From: an uncultured Nitrospiraceae bacterium | GTDB taxonomy: Bacteria; Nitrospirota; Nitrospiria; Nitrospirales; Nitrospiraceae | Assembly (NCBI GenBank): GCA_963846575.1 | Contig: CAWJWJ010000002.1 | Location: 1,024,001-1,088,000 of the forward strand | DNA: 64,000 bases | Direction of reading: 5' to 3' | Shown here: piece after piece, positions 52,303-61,596 of the stretch | Position numbering within the stretch: position 1 is the first letter of the stretch | Layout of the letters: every line of letters begins with the position of its first letter | Program-made: the position numbers and the translations under genes | The notes under the pieces: generated by a model | Databases searched by the model: none | Seen by the model: only the letters and a program-made list of their open reading frames with translations | What the model was told of the DNA's origin: nothing

Positions 52303-52821
52303 CTAGGCTGCCTCCCGGGCAAGGAGCAGGCGGTTCAAATCAAGGAGGATGAGAAGGCGATCCTCGATTCGTCCCACGCCCTGCATGAATTCTGCACCCG
52401 CCAATGTGCCGACCGATGGGGGAGATTCAATGGCGCTTTTGGGAATGCGCAACACTTCCTCGACCGAGTCTACGACCAATCCAACCAGCTTGGCTTCAAC
52501 GGATACCACGACGATGCGGCTCTCTGTGGTTTGGGTGACACCGGTGAGGCCGAACAGCTTCCGAAGATCCAGTACCGGAATGATCCGGCCTCGCAGATTG
52601 ATCACGCCCTCCACATAATGTCGCGTCTTGGGGACGCGGGTGACCTCCGCAATCCGGTTGATCTCCTGTACCCGCAAGACATCCACCGCGAACTCTTCAC
52701 TGCCGATCCGGCAAATGACCAATTGGCAGAGATCGTCACCCGCGCGCTCGGCCAGACGGTCCGCAGAATGTTCTGCGTCCGCCTGGCCCTGGGCTTGCAC
52801 CTGTTGCTCCATGGCACTCAT
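52303..52821 (-). CDS. cheW: Chemotaxis adaptor CheW
   Basis: V.EI, T.VP, GVINLRG.IIPVLDLR, GLVVDSV; AAGGAGGAG RBS. Confidence 0.95.
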   Translation of the reverse strand: MSAMEQQVQAQGQADAEHSADRLAERAGDDLCQLVICRIGSEEFAVDVLRVQEINRIAEVTRVPKTRHYVEGVINLRGRIIPVLDLRKLFGLTGVTQTTESRIVVVSVEAKLVGLVVDSVEEVLRIPKSAIESPPSVGTLAGAEFMQGVGRIEDRLLILLDLNRLLLAREAA

Positions 52822-52851
52822 GCTGAATGGCTCCTCCTTCCGGTTGGTCCC

Positions 52852-54537
52852 CTAGATCTTGAAACCACCCACAATGCCCTGGAGTTCGACTGCCAACTGA
52901 CTCAGGTCCTGACTGGCCTTCGCGGACTCATGCGCTCCGGATGACGAGTCCTTGGTGACCTTTGCGACCTGCTCGATGTCGCTCGCAATCTGCTGGGTCG
53001 CCACCGACTGCTCTTCCGAGGCGACGGCAATCTGCCGGATCATGTCGGCGCTTTCTGAGACCATGCGTACGATCTGCGAGAGGGCCTCGCCGGTCCGATT
53101 GACCAGATCCACGCCGGCGGTCACCTTCTGCGTCCCTTGTTGCATGGACTCGACGGCACCCCGGGTATCCTGCTGGATCTGTCGAATCATATCGCCGATT
53201 TCCTTCGTCGCTTTGGTCGTTCGCTCCGCGAGTTTGCGGACTTCATCGGCCACGACGGCGAATCCGCGCCCCTGCTCACCGGCACGGGCGGCTTCGATTG
53301 CCGCATTGAGGGCCAGCAAGTTCGTCTGATCGGCAATATCCTCGATCGTTCCCACGATTTCCCCGATCTGATCGGATGACTTGCCGAGTGCAGAAATGAT
53401 CGTTGCTGAGCTGGAGACGGCGTCAGACAGCTGCTGCATGCCGGAAATGGTGGTGGACACCACAGTCCCGCCCTCTTGCGCAGTTTTGACCGTCGCTTGC
53501 GCCAGACCGGCCGCTTTGTTCGAATTTTGTGCTACTTGCCCGACGGTCGTTGTCATTTCCTCCACCGCGGCAGCCGTTTGAGTGGCTCGTGACGTCAGGC
53601 TGTCAGTCCCCTTGGAAATTTCTTCGGCCGTCGCGGACAATTCCACCGACGCGGAGGCGACCTTGTCCGTGACGTGAGCCACCTTCTTGATCATCTGTTG
53701 CAGCTTTCCGATGAATTCATTGAAGTAGTTGCCCATGTGCGCGATTTCGTCGTTGCCCTCACAAGGCACACGCTTGGTGAGATCGCCCTCGCCCTCCGCA
53801 ATATCCTTGGAGATCTCGCTCATCCGTGCCAGCGGCTTCAGCACGATGTTGCGCAGGAGGAAATAGGTCACGGACATGATGATCACGACAATACCCGCCA
53901 TCAGTCCGCCGGTCTGCCACATGGAGCGATTGGACAGGGCAATCGCTTCCCCCATCGGAATCGTGAGGGTCAACATCCCCAGCGTATCGCCGACTTTGTT
54001 GTTGGTATGGCAGCTCAAGCAGGCGACGGTCGTGGCTTTGTCCGCCACGGCCCGCCGGAACGTTTCGACGCCATTCACGTCGTCGCGGCGTGTATAACTA
54101 TCGGCTCCGCTCATAATGGCTCTGATCGCCTCGTTCTCAAAATTGTCTTTCGGTGCATTCATGGGATTCAACGGACTTTGACTGACCAGGCGGGCATTAT
54201 AAGACCCGGTTTTAGACGCTTCCTCTCCCATTTCCCTGACGGCTGTTGCGGGTAATGGAATGGCATCGGGCAGGCCCATGTGGTCCTTGACCACCTGGAT
54301 ATCTCCTCCGGCTTTTGATTTTTTGATTTTGTTCACATAGTTCTGGGTGATATACGCCCGTGTGATCATGATCTGCGTGCTGATGACGTTGGCGCGCCCC
54401 GTCAGCATCGTCCCCATCTTGCTCTCTTCCTGCTGGTACAGGACAAAGAGCCCGAGCATTACAACCAGCAACGACACAGCAAGGATTGATATCGTGAACT
54501 TGGGCCCAATCGTCATATTCTTCATGATGCTCCCCAT
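52852..54537 (-). CDS. Methyl-accepting chemotaxis protein with periplasmic c-type heme (DUF3365-like) sensor
   Basis: Two TMs; CLSCH (CxxCH) in sensor; [55 protein letters not shown]. Confidence 0.93.
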   Translation of the reverse strand: MGSIMKNMTIGPKFTISILAVSLLVVMLGLFVLYQQEESKMGTMLTGRANVISTQIMITRAYITQNYVNKIKKSKAGGDIQVVKDHMGLPDAIPLPATAVREMGEEASKTGSYNARLVSQSPLNPMNAPKDNFENEAIRAIMSGADSYTRRDDVNGVETFRRAVADKATTVACLSCHTNNKVGDTLGMLTLTIPMGEAIALSNRSMWQTGGLMAGIVVIIMSVTYFLLRNIVLKPLARMSEISKDIAEGEGDLTKRVPCEGNDEIAHMGNYFNEFIGKLQQMIKKVAHVTDKVASASVELSATAEEISKGTDSLTSRATQTAAAVEEMTTTVGQVAQNSNKAAGLAQATVKTAQEGGTVVSTTISGMQQLSDAVSSSATIISALGKSSDQIGEIVGTIEDIADQTNLLALNAAIEAARAGEQGRGFAVVADEVRKLAERTTKATKEIGDMIRQIQQDTRGAVESMQQGTQKVTAGVDLVNRTGEALSQIVRMVSESADMIRQIAVASEEQSVATQQIASDIEQVAKVTKDSSSGAHESAKASQDLSQLAVELQGIVGGFKI

Positions 54538-54850
54538 GATGCTGCCGACCTCCTCCATTATGATTGATGAAACAACGTGTCGCGCCCACGAGCCAGAGGT
54601 TTGCCGTCCACTCTGAAAGGCCAACCCGCTGTCGCTTCGCACCCGACTTCCATCCCGGCATGTGCCATGCCGCCGATGGTCTACGAACTCTTTGACTACG
54701 GCTCTACTCCTCCTCGCTGTCTTCCTGGCGCATGCATTCGCATGTCACTCCCGCGGGCCCTCTTCACCTGTTGGTATGGGAGGTCGCGTCGGACCGAGCC
54801 CTCGGTGACGAGGGCTCAGTGCGGTTGTTCCGGCCTGCCGGACGTCGAAT

Positions 54851-55831
54851 TCAGGCTGCCTTGCTGGTCTCCTGTGCGGGGGGACTGAGATGAGTGGTTA
54901 GTTTTTCGCGCAGGATTTTTGCGTCGAACTTGGTGATGTAGTCCGATGCGCCGACCATTCTTCCCTTCTCGATGTTGCAGGTGCCTGTGAGAGAAGAATG
55001 GAGGATCACAGGGAGATGGGCGAGCCTGGGATCTGTCCGGATGTGCTTGGTGAGCGTGAACCCATCCATATCCGGCATCTCGATGTCGCTCAGAATGCCA
55101 TGAATCTGATCCACTCGCGACTTGCCTTCTTCCGTGGCCTGATCCGCGAGTTCCTGCAATTTGGTCCAGGCCTCCCCGCCGGTGGTGGTCATGATGTACG
55201 ACATTTCAAAACGATCCAGCGCTTTGCGGATTTGCGTTCTTGCCACGGAGGAGTCGTCTGCAAACAGAATACACTTCGCCTGCAACGCTGGAGATGCGAC
55301 CAGGCCTGCGAAGAGGTCATCGTCGGTCCGGGGGCAGATATCATGCAGCACTTTTTCCACGTCGAGAATGAGCACCATGCGACCATCGTCCAGCATGGTG
55401 ACGGCTGTGACCGCCCCCTTACTATTTTCTCTGACGATGGTCGGCGGCGTTTTGATGGCCGACCAGGAAAACCGCATGATGCGATCGACGCCGGCTACGA
55501 GGAATCCCTGCAGGCTGGCGTTGTATTCGGACACGATCAGATAGGGGGAGGTTGCCGAGAGGCTTGTGTCTGGTTCCAGGTCAGACCCGAGGTTCATGCT
55601 GCTTCTGAGGCCGACGACAGGAACCATCACACCCCTGATATTGGCCATGCCCACGATGCGGCTGTCGGCCTCCGGAACCTTGGTGAGTTCGGGAAGTTTC
55701 ATGACTTCCCGGACCTTGAACACGTTGATGCCGAAGATTTCGTTGGTGCCCAGCTTGAACAGCAGGAGTTCCATTTGATTCGCGCCGGCCAGCCTGGTCC
55801 GGGCATCGATTTCAGTGATGAGATTTGACAT
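54851..55831 (-). CDS. cheV: Chemotaxis protein CheV (CheW + receiver)
   Basis: ELLLF.LG, FGINVFKVREV, DVEK; ADDS..AR, SDIEMP.MDGF, HSSL, TKF. Confidence 0.95.
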   Translation of the reverse strand: MSNLITEIDARTRLAGANQMELLLFKLGTNEIFGINVFKVREVMKLPELTKVPEADSRIVGMANIRGVMVPVVGLRSSMNLGSDLEPDTSLSATSPYLIVSEYNASLQGFLVAGVDRIMRFSWSAIKTPPTIVRENSKGAVTAVTMLDDGRMVLILDVEKVLHDICPRTDDDLFAGLVASPALQAKCILFADDSSVARTQIRKALDRFEMSYIMTTTGGEAWTKLQELADQATEEGKSRVDQIHGILSDIEMPDMDGFTLTKHIRTDPRLAHLPVILHSSLTGTCNIEKGRMVGASDYITKFDAKILREKLTTHLSPPAQETSKAA

Positions 55832-55911
55832 GGTTCCTCCGATGACCTCCGCTCTCATTCATGGTGTTTGTTGGGTGATACTTGCCAGGCCTCTCGCCGG
55901 CGTCTCTTGAT

Positions 55912-57783
55912 CTAGGCGGCAGCTCCAATGGCATGCCAGGCGCGGGCGTTCTGGACCAGTTCGGAGGTGTCGAGGATGAGGACCACCTTGCCCTCGCCGG
56001 TGATCGTGGCGCCCGAGACGCCCTTGACGGTTTCGAGATAATCCCAGATGGACTTGATGACGACCTCCTCCTGGGAGCGCAGCTCGTCGACGACCACGCC
56101 GACCCGGCGATCGCCCAGGGCGGCCACCACGACATAGAACCGCTCGCGGTCGGCATCGGTGGGAATGTCGAACTCCTGCGCCAGGCGGATCAGCGGCAAC
56201 ACCCGATCGCGCAGGTGCAGCACCTCCCGCCCGTTGATGGTCTTGATGTCGCTCCGGGAAATGCGGACCGCCTCGATGACGGTACTGAGGGGGATGGCGA
56301 AAATCGACTGTTCCACCTCCACCATCAGGGCCTGGATGATCGCGATGGTCAGGGGCAGCTTGATGATGATCTGGCTGCCCTTGCCCGCCTCGGATTCGAG
56401 GTCGACGCTGCCGTTGATCTTCCGGATGTTGGTGCGGACGACATCCATGCCGACGCCGCGGCCGGACACGTCGGTGACCTGCTCGGCCGTGCTGAAGCCC
56501 GGCAGGAAGATGAGGTTCAGGACTTCGCGATGCTCCATGGTCGCGAGCTCGGCCTCGCTGATGAGGCCCTTGGCCAGCGCCTTGGCCTTGATCTTGTCCA
56601 CCGGAATGCCGCGCCCGTCGTCGTTGATCCGGATGACGATGCTGTTGCCCTCCTGGCTGGCGGCAATGGTCAACTGCCCCTCGCCGGGTTTGCCCTTGGC
56701 CTGGCGTTCCGCCGGGGTTTCGATGCCGTGGTCGATGGCGTTGCGGACCAGGTGGACGAGCGGGTCGCCGATTTCGTCGGCCACCGACTTATCGAGTTCG
56801 GTCTCCTCGCCGCGCATCTCCAGCCGCACCTGCTTGTTCAATTTCTGGGAGAGGTCCCGGACCATGCGCGGGAGCTTCGCAAAGACTTTTTTGATCGGGA
56901 GCATGCGCGTCTTCATGACGGCCAGTTGCAGATCGGTCGTCACCAGGTTGAGTTGGGCCAGGGTTTCGCTCAGGACGCGGACCTGCGGATCCGACTCATG
57001 GTTCTGCTCGAGCTGCGTGCCGATCTTGATCAGGCGGTTGCGGCCGAGGACCAACTCGCCGACGAGGTTCATGACGCTGTCGAGGCGCTTGGTTTCCACG
57101 CGGATGGTGGCGTCTTCTTCGGCCGGTTTGGGCTGTTTTTCCTGTTTGTGGAGGGCCTGATCCAGCGCGCGCTCGGTAATGGCCTTGGCCTGGAGGAGAA
57201 TCTCGCCCAGGGGGGTCTTGGGGTCCGGCTGATGTTGCTGCGCATTGAGGGCATCGAGCACCTGATCCTTGGAGGCCAGGCCCTCGGTCACCAGAATCTC
57301 GCCGAGCGTGGGGGCCGGCTCGGGCGGGGCGACGGGGGGGCCGGCCGCCGGGGCGGCCGCGGGCGGCGGCGTGGCGGGCGCCGCTGCGCCGGACTTCCCC
57401 GCCAGAATCTCGTCCAACGTGGCGGCGATGGCCGCGGTCGCGACATGGGTGTCGGTGCCGGACTCCCGGATGTCGGCCATGAGGGCCTTGATGACATCGA
57501 CGGTCTCGAGAATGACGCTGATGATGCGGGGGCTCACGGCCATGTCGCCCTGCCGCAGTTTGTTCAGAATGTTCTCGCCCCGATGGGCGACGTCCACCAG
57601 ATGGGTAAACCCGAGAAAACCGGCCGAGCCCTTCATGCTATGCATGGCCCGGAAGATCTCGTTGAGCAGGGCCGTGTTGCCGGGGTCGGCCTCCAACGTC
57701 ACGAACCGCTGATCCAGCACCTCCAGCATCTCGTGCGACTCGGTCAGAAAGTCGTTGAGTATTTCCTGCATTTCATCGCTCAT
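55912..57783 (-). CDS. cheA: Chemotaxis histidine kinase CheA with MshEN-like insert
   Basis: IFRAMHSMKG (Hpt), IRV...RLD..MNLVGELV, HLVRNAIDHG, SGRGVGMDVV, C-terminal CheW domain. Confidence 0.97.
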   Translation of the reverse strand: MSDEMQEILNDFLTESHEMLEVLDQRFVTLEADPGNTALLNEIFRAMHSMKGSAGFLGFTHLVDVAHRGENILNKLRQGDMAVSPRIISVILETVDVIKALMADIRESGTDTHVATAAIAATLDEILAGKSGAAAPATPPPAAAPAAGPPVAPPEPAPTLGEILVTEGLASKDQVLDALNAQQHQPDPKTPLGEILLQAKAITERALDQALHKQEKQPKPAEEDATIRVETKRLDSVMNLVGELVLGRNRLIKIGTQLEQNHESDPQVRVLSETLAQLNLVTTDLQLAVMKTRMLPIKKVFAKLPRMVRDLSQKLNKQVRLEMRGEETELDKSVADEIGDPLVHLVRNAIDHGIETPAERQAKGKPGEGQLTIAASQEGNSIVIRINDDGRGIPVDKIKAKALAKGLISEAELATMEHREVLNLIFLPGFSTAEQVTDVSGRGVGMDVVRTNIRKINGSVDLESEAGKGSQIIIKLPLTIAIIQALMVEVEQSIFAIPLSTVIEAVRISRSDIKTINGREVLHLRDRVLPLIRLAQEFDIPTDADRERFYVVVAALGDRRVGVVVDELRSQEEVVIKSIWDYLETVKGVSGATITGEGKVVLILDTSELVQNARAWHAIGAAA

Positions 57784-57862
57784 AACCCACCTCAGTTAAA
57801 CCCAATTGTGCCGCCGGATCATGGCCGGCTCCCGTGGTGTGAACCTATGTATGAGGAATCCA

Positions 57863-58243
57863 CTATTTGAAGATCTTGTTGATCTTTTCCTGCATCGTCT
57901 CGGCGGTGAAGGGTTTGACCACGTAATTGCTCACGCCGGCCTTGACGGCTTCCATCAGATTCTCTTTCTGCGCCTCGGCCGTCACCATCAACACGGGGAT
58001 GGCTTTCAGCTTCTCGTCGGCCCGGATGGCACGCAACAGGTCGATGCCCATCATGACGGGCATATTCCAGTCGGACACGACGAAGCCGTAGTTGTCGGCC
58101 TGCAGTTTCGTCAAAGCGTCCTGACCGTTTTCCGCTTCTTCCAGGTTGTTGAAGCCGAGTTGTTTGAGGATATTCTTGACGATCCGCCGCATGGTGGACA
58201 TGTCATCGACGACGAGAATTTTCATATTGAGGTCTGCCGGCAT
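57863..58243 (-). CDS. cheY: Chemotaxis response regulator CheY
   Basis: [39 protein letters not shown]. Confidence 0.97.
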   Translation of the reverse strand: MPADLNMKILVVDDMSTMRRIVKNILKQLGFNNLEEAENGQDALTKLQADNYGFVVSDWNMPVMMGIDLLRAIRADEKLKAIPVLMVTAEAQKENLMEAVKAGVSNYVVKPFTAETMQEKINKIFK

Positions 58244-58325
58244 GTAGCGTTCTCCTATTGTCGCGCAAGCGTGCTTCGTCGGACCGGTGGATCCTGTTCA
58301 CTGTTGAGTCGAGATGGAGCCGGGC

Positions 58326-58378
58326 AATAAAAAAGCGCAACCTGCAATCTCAACTGTGAGACTGCGTGAGTGCGCCTT
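58326..58378 (-). terminator. Intrinsic terminator within the 5' region of the cheY operon
   Basis: Minus strand AAGGCGCA..GCAGTCTCA-CAGT-TGAGATTGC..TGCGC followed by TTTTTTATT; no minus-strand gene upstream. Confidence 0.65.
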
Positions 58379-58783
58379 CCACTTGCAGGTCTGTCTCCTG
58401 CCCGCTCAGGCCGGCCGGATCTGCAACCCGACCATGCTCGTTATGTAGGAGGACTTCTCGGTCGGTTATTGCGGAAACTTTACCGGCGGCCCGGTGGAGG
58501 CCTTGCGGCGGGGGCAGGCCGGCCTGGTTTTCCAGGCTGAAGTGGGCGGAAGACAGAGCCGAACCGGCTGCCAGTAGACCAACCGTCCACCGGGGGAAAT
58601 GGCGGACTCAAGTAGGCAGATGAGTCCATCATCCCCTATGTGGGAAGAGGTGAGGGTGGTTCCCCAGTAGGGGCTACCATTCCAAGCCTCCAAGGGTCGT
58701 GTGAGATGGCGCTGTCACTGTTTCCGCTGCGAGGCTGCATGCTATAGTACGCTCCTTTCTGAACGTAACGAGTGAGGATTTTC

Positions 58784-60172
58784 ATGAAGCAGATCATGAT
58801 GGTCGGAGCCGGTTCAGTAGGCGGTTTTTTCGGGGCGCATCTTGCCAAGCAGGACCCCAACGTGTCGTTGTTGCTTCGTCCGGGAACGTTGGCGGCGGTG
58901 CAGCGCCGGGGCCTCACGATCAAGAGCGCCAAGGGAAATTTCACCGTCCATCCGCCGGCCGCCTCCGACCCGCGACAACTGGCCAGGCCGGATCTCATCA
59001 TCCTTGGCGTGAAGGCCTACGACCTGGACGAGGTCATGGCACAGCTGGAGCCGGTGCTGACCGACCGGACCGTCCTTCTCACGCTGCAGAACGGCATCGA
59101 TACGGAGGATCGCATTATTGCGCGACTGCATCGCGACTGTGTGGTCGGCGGGGTGGCCTTCATCTATTCGAAGATCGTGGAGCCGGGGGTGATTGAACAT
59201 TACAAGCGCGGCGGAGTGGCGATCGGCGAACTGATGGGGCACAAGAGCGAGCGTCTCCTGCAGATCGCGGAGATCTTCAAGCAGGCCGGCATCCCTTGCC
59301 AGATCAGCGAAGATATTCGGAAGAGCAAATGGGAAAAGATGTGCTGGAATTGCGTCTTCAACCCGGTCACCGTGTTGATCGACGACAAGGTGGCGAAAGC
59401 ACTCGACCATCCGGAAATGGCCGGCGTGATCCGTCAGATTGTCGGCGAGGTCGCAGCCCTGTCGGCCGCGTTGAAGGTTCCACTTGCGCCGGATATGGCC
59501 GAGAAGGTGGTGAAATGGACGCAGGAGCTCCGCGACATCCACACGTCGATGTACGACGACTGGAAAGCCAAACGGCCGACCGAGATCGACTATTTGAACG
59601 GCTACATCGTGCGTCTGGGACGGGAGCTGGGCATTCCGACCCCGGTCAATGAAGCGCTGACGGCCATGGTAAAGGCCGTCACGGAAAGAGAACCGTCCGG
59701 TCCCGGGGTCATCCGGATCGATGGCGCCGTCGTTCAGCCGGTGTCCCTGACCCGTGCGGCGTTATCGCAATTGCCGCAGGAACATCACGTCCCGGACGTC
59801 AGCCAGGTGATGCCGGCCATGCGGGGCCGGGCGATCAGGGTCAAAGGCCTCCTCGAAGTTCCGGCCCTCGCGGTCGATGCCGACCACGTCACCTTCCATT
59901 CCGTCGACGGCCAATATGCCGCGACCTTGACGCTTCAAGAGGCGCAGAGCTTCGGGTTGCTGCTTTACGAACTCGACGGACAGCCCCTGCCGGACGGCAA
60001 GGGCGGTCCCTATCGATTGGTCGCACCCGGCTTGGGCGATCTCTGCGCGAATGTGAAGGGTGTCGGGCGGATCGAATTGCGGGTGGGTCGCGGAAAGGAT
60101 ACGAGGCCGTCGGTCAGGCCTCCCGAGTGCACGCCAGGCGGGAACAGCCGGGGAGACTCAGGTGGCGGATGA
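58784..60172 (+). CDS. panE: 2-dehydropantoate 2-reductase fused to a molybdopterin-oxidoreductase-like domain
   Basis: GAGSVGG, VKAYD, LQNG, KWEK...N...N, SM..D, TEIDYLNG; C-terminal GGPYRLVAPG...NVK....IEL. Confidence 0.85.
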   Translation: MKQIMMVGAGSVGGFFGAHLAKQDPNVSLLLRPGTLAAVQRRGLTIKSAKGNFTVHPPAASDPRQLARPDLIILGVKAYDLDEVMAQLEPVLTDRTVLLTLQNGIDTEDRIIARLHRDCVVGGVAFIYSKIVEPGVIEHYKRGGVAIGELMGHKSERLLQIAEIFKQAGIPCQISEDIRKSKWEKMCWNCVFNPVTVLIDDKVAKALDHPEMAGVIRQIVGEVAALSAALKVPLAPDMAEKVVKWTQELRDIHTSMYDDWKAKRPTEIDYLNGYIVRLGRELGIPTPVNEALTAMVKAVTEREPSGPGVIRIDGAVVQPVSLTRAALSQLPQEHHVPDVSQVMPAMRGRAIRVKGLLEVPALAVDADHVTFHSVDGQYAATLTLQEAQSFGLLLYELDGQPLPDGKGGPYRLVAPGLGDLCANVKGVGRIELRVGRGKDTRPSVRPPECTPGGNSRGDSGGG

Positions 60173-61495
60173 ACGGAACACCTGAATCGATTTCCATCGT
60201 TCCGACCGATACCGCCACAACATCAGTCCCATCCGCACGGTCCAGTCCACGATCATTGCCAGCCAGACATAGAACACTCCCAGGCCCAGCCAATAACCGG
60301 TGACAAAGGCGATCGGGATCCGTACGCCCCACATGCCGATCATTGTGGCCATCATGATGAATCGGGTGTCTCCTGCGCCGCGCAACGATCCGGCCAAGAC
60401 CATGGTGAGTGCCAGCGGCACTTGGAGCAGTGCCACGATCTTCAGAAAGACGGTGCCCAAATCGATGACCGCTTCATCGCTGGTAAAGGCACGGAGCAGG
60501 ACGTAGGGAAAGAAAAAAAACACCACCCCCATGGTGGACATGATGTAGGTAGCCAGCCGGTTCGCCTCCCAGTTTTCAAGTTTGGCCCGGGTATATTTTC
60601 CGGCCCCGATACTCTGCCCCACCATGGTCGCGGCGGCGATGGCAAAGCCGTACCCCGGCAGAAAGGAGAGAGATTCAATCGAAAGTCCCACCTGATGGGC
60701 GGCATAGGAGATCGTGCCGTAGACCAGCACAATCTTCGTGTACAGCAGAATTCCGGCCTGCTGGACGATGCGCTCGCCCGAGACTGGCGCGCCCACAGTC
60801 CAGATGGTGCGGACCAGATCGAATCTGAGCCGCTTCGAGGGTCGAAGGATAGACCGGCAGCGGGAGAAGAGAAAGAGCGAGCCGGCCGCTTCCGCAATTC
60901 CGACGGCAACGGCGGCGCCCGGCACGCCGAACGCGGGAAATCCCCACCGACCATAGATCAGCGGATAGGCAATGGAGATGTGAAGCAGATTGACCATGAT
61001 CATGGCGTACATCGGCGTCTTGGTGTCGCCGGTGCCCTGGAGAATCGACGAGAGCACCGCGAGAAGTATGGTGAACGGAATGACCAAAAAGATCAGAGTG
61101 GAGTAGGGCAGTGCGAGAACAATGACCTCTGCCTGCGCGCCGAGTGACTCCATGACCAGTCTGTTCGCAGATAGGCCGAGTATGGCCAGCCCGACCGAGA
61201 CCAGGACGGACAGACCAAGAAAGTGCCGGGCGGCCTGTCCCGCCTCTTCATAGCGACGGGCACCCCACTGTTGCGCAATAATGACGTTTGTTCCGACCGA
61301 GAGTCCGGAGACCAGCGTGGTGGCGATAAAGGCGAGTAATTGGCCCAGGCCGACGGCAGCAATAGGAATGGCGCCAAGTCCTCCCACCAGAAAGACCGCG
61401 ACAATGCCCTCAGTCCGTTGCAGCAGGCTGCTGACTGTGACGGGGAGGGCAAGGCTCATCACTGAGCGTCGGATTTGCGCGATACCGTTGGCCAT
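60158..61495 (-). CDS. MATE family efflux transporter
   Basis: About 12 TMs; LALP, GTGDTKTPM, G..GAA.A, VGQSIGAG, LRGAGDT. Confidence 0.95.
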   Translation of the reverse strand: MANGIAQIRRSVMSLALPVTVSSLLQRTEGIVAVFLVGGLGAIPIAAVGLGQLLAFIATTLVSGLSVGTNVIIAQQWGARRYEEAGQAARHFLGLSVLVSVGLAILGLSANRLVMESLGAQAEVIVLALPYSTLIFLVIPFTILLAVLSSILQGTGDTKTPMYAMIMVNLLHISIAYPLIYGRWGFPAFGVPGAAVAVGIAEAAGSLFLFSRCRSILRPSKRLRFDLVRTIWTVGAPVSGERIVQQAGILLYTKIVLVYGTISYAAHQVGLSIESLSFLPGYGFAIAAATMVGQSIGAGKYTRAKLENWEANRLATYIMSTMGVVFFFFPYVLLRAFTSDEAVIDLGTVFLKIVALLQVPLALTMVLAGSLRGAGDTRFIMMATMIGMWGVRIPIAFVTGYWLGLGVFYVWLAMIVDWTVRMGLMLWRYRSERWKSIQVFRSSAT

Positions 61496-61596
61496 GGGGC
61501 GTCATCCTACCAGAAGTCGACCGGATGCGCGGGTGTCTCCTGTCCGGCGATGGGACTGGACAATCGAATGAAAGCTTCGGTAGCCTGCAAGATCCT

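Noticed and set aside
55882..57870. 662-aa ORF on + strand
   Set aside because: Antisense shadow of cheA caused by high GC3; no recognisable motifs.
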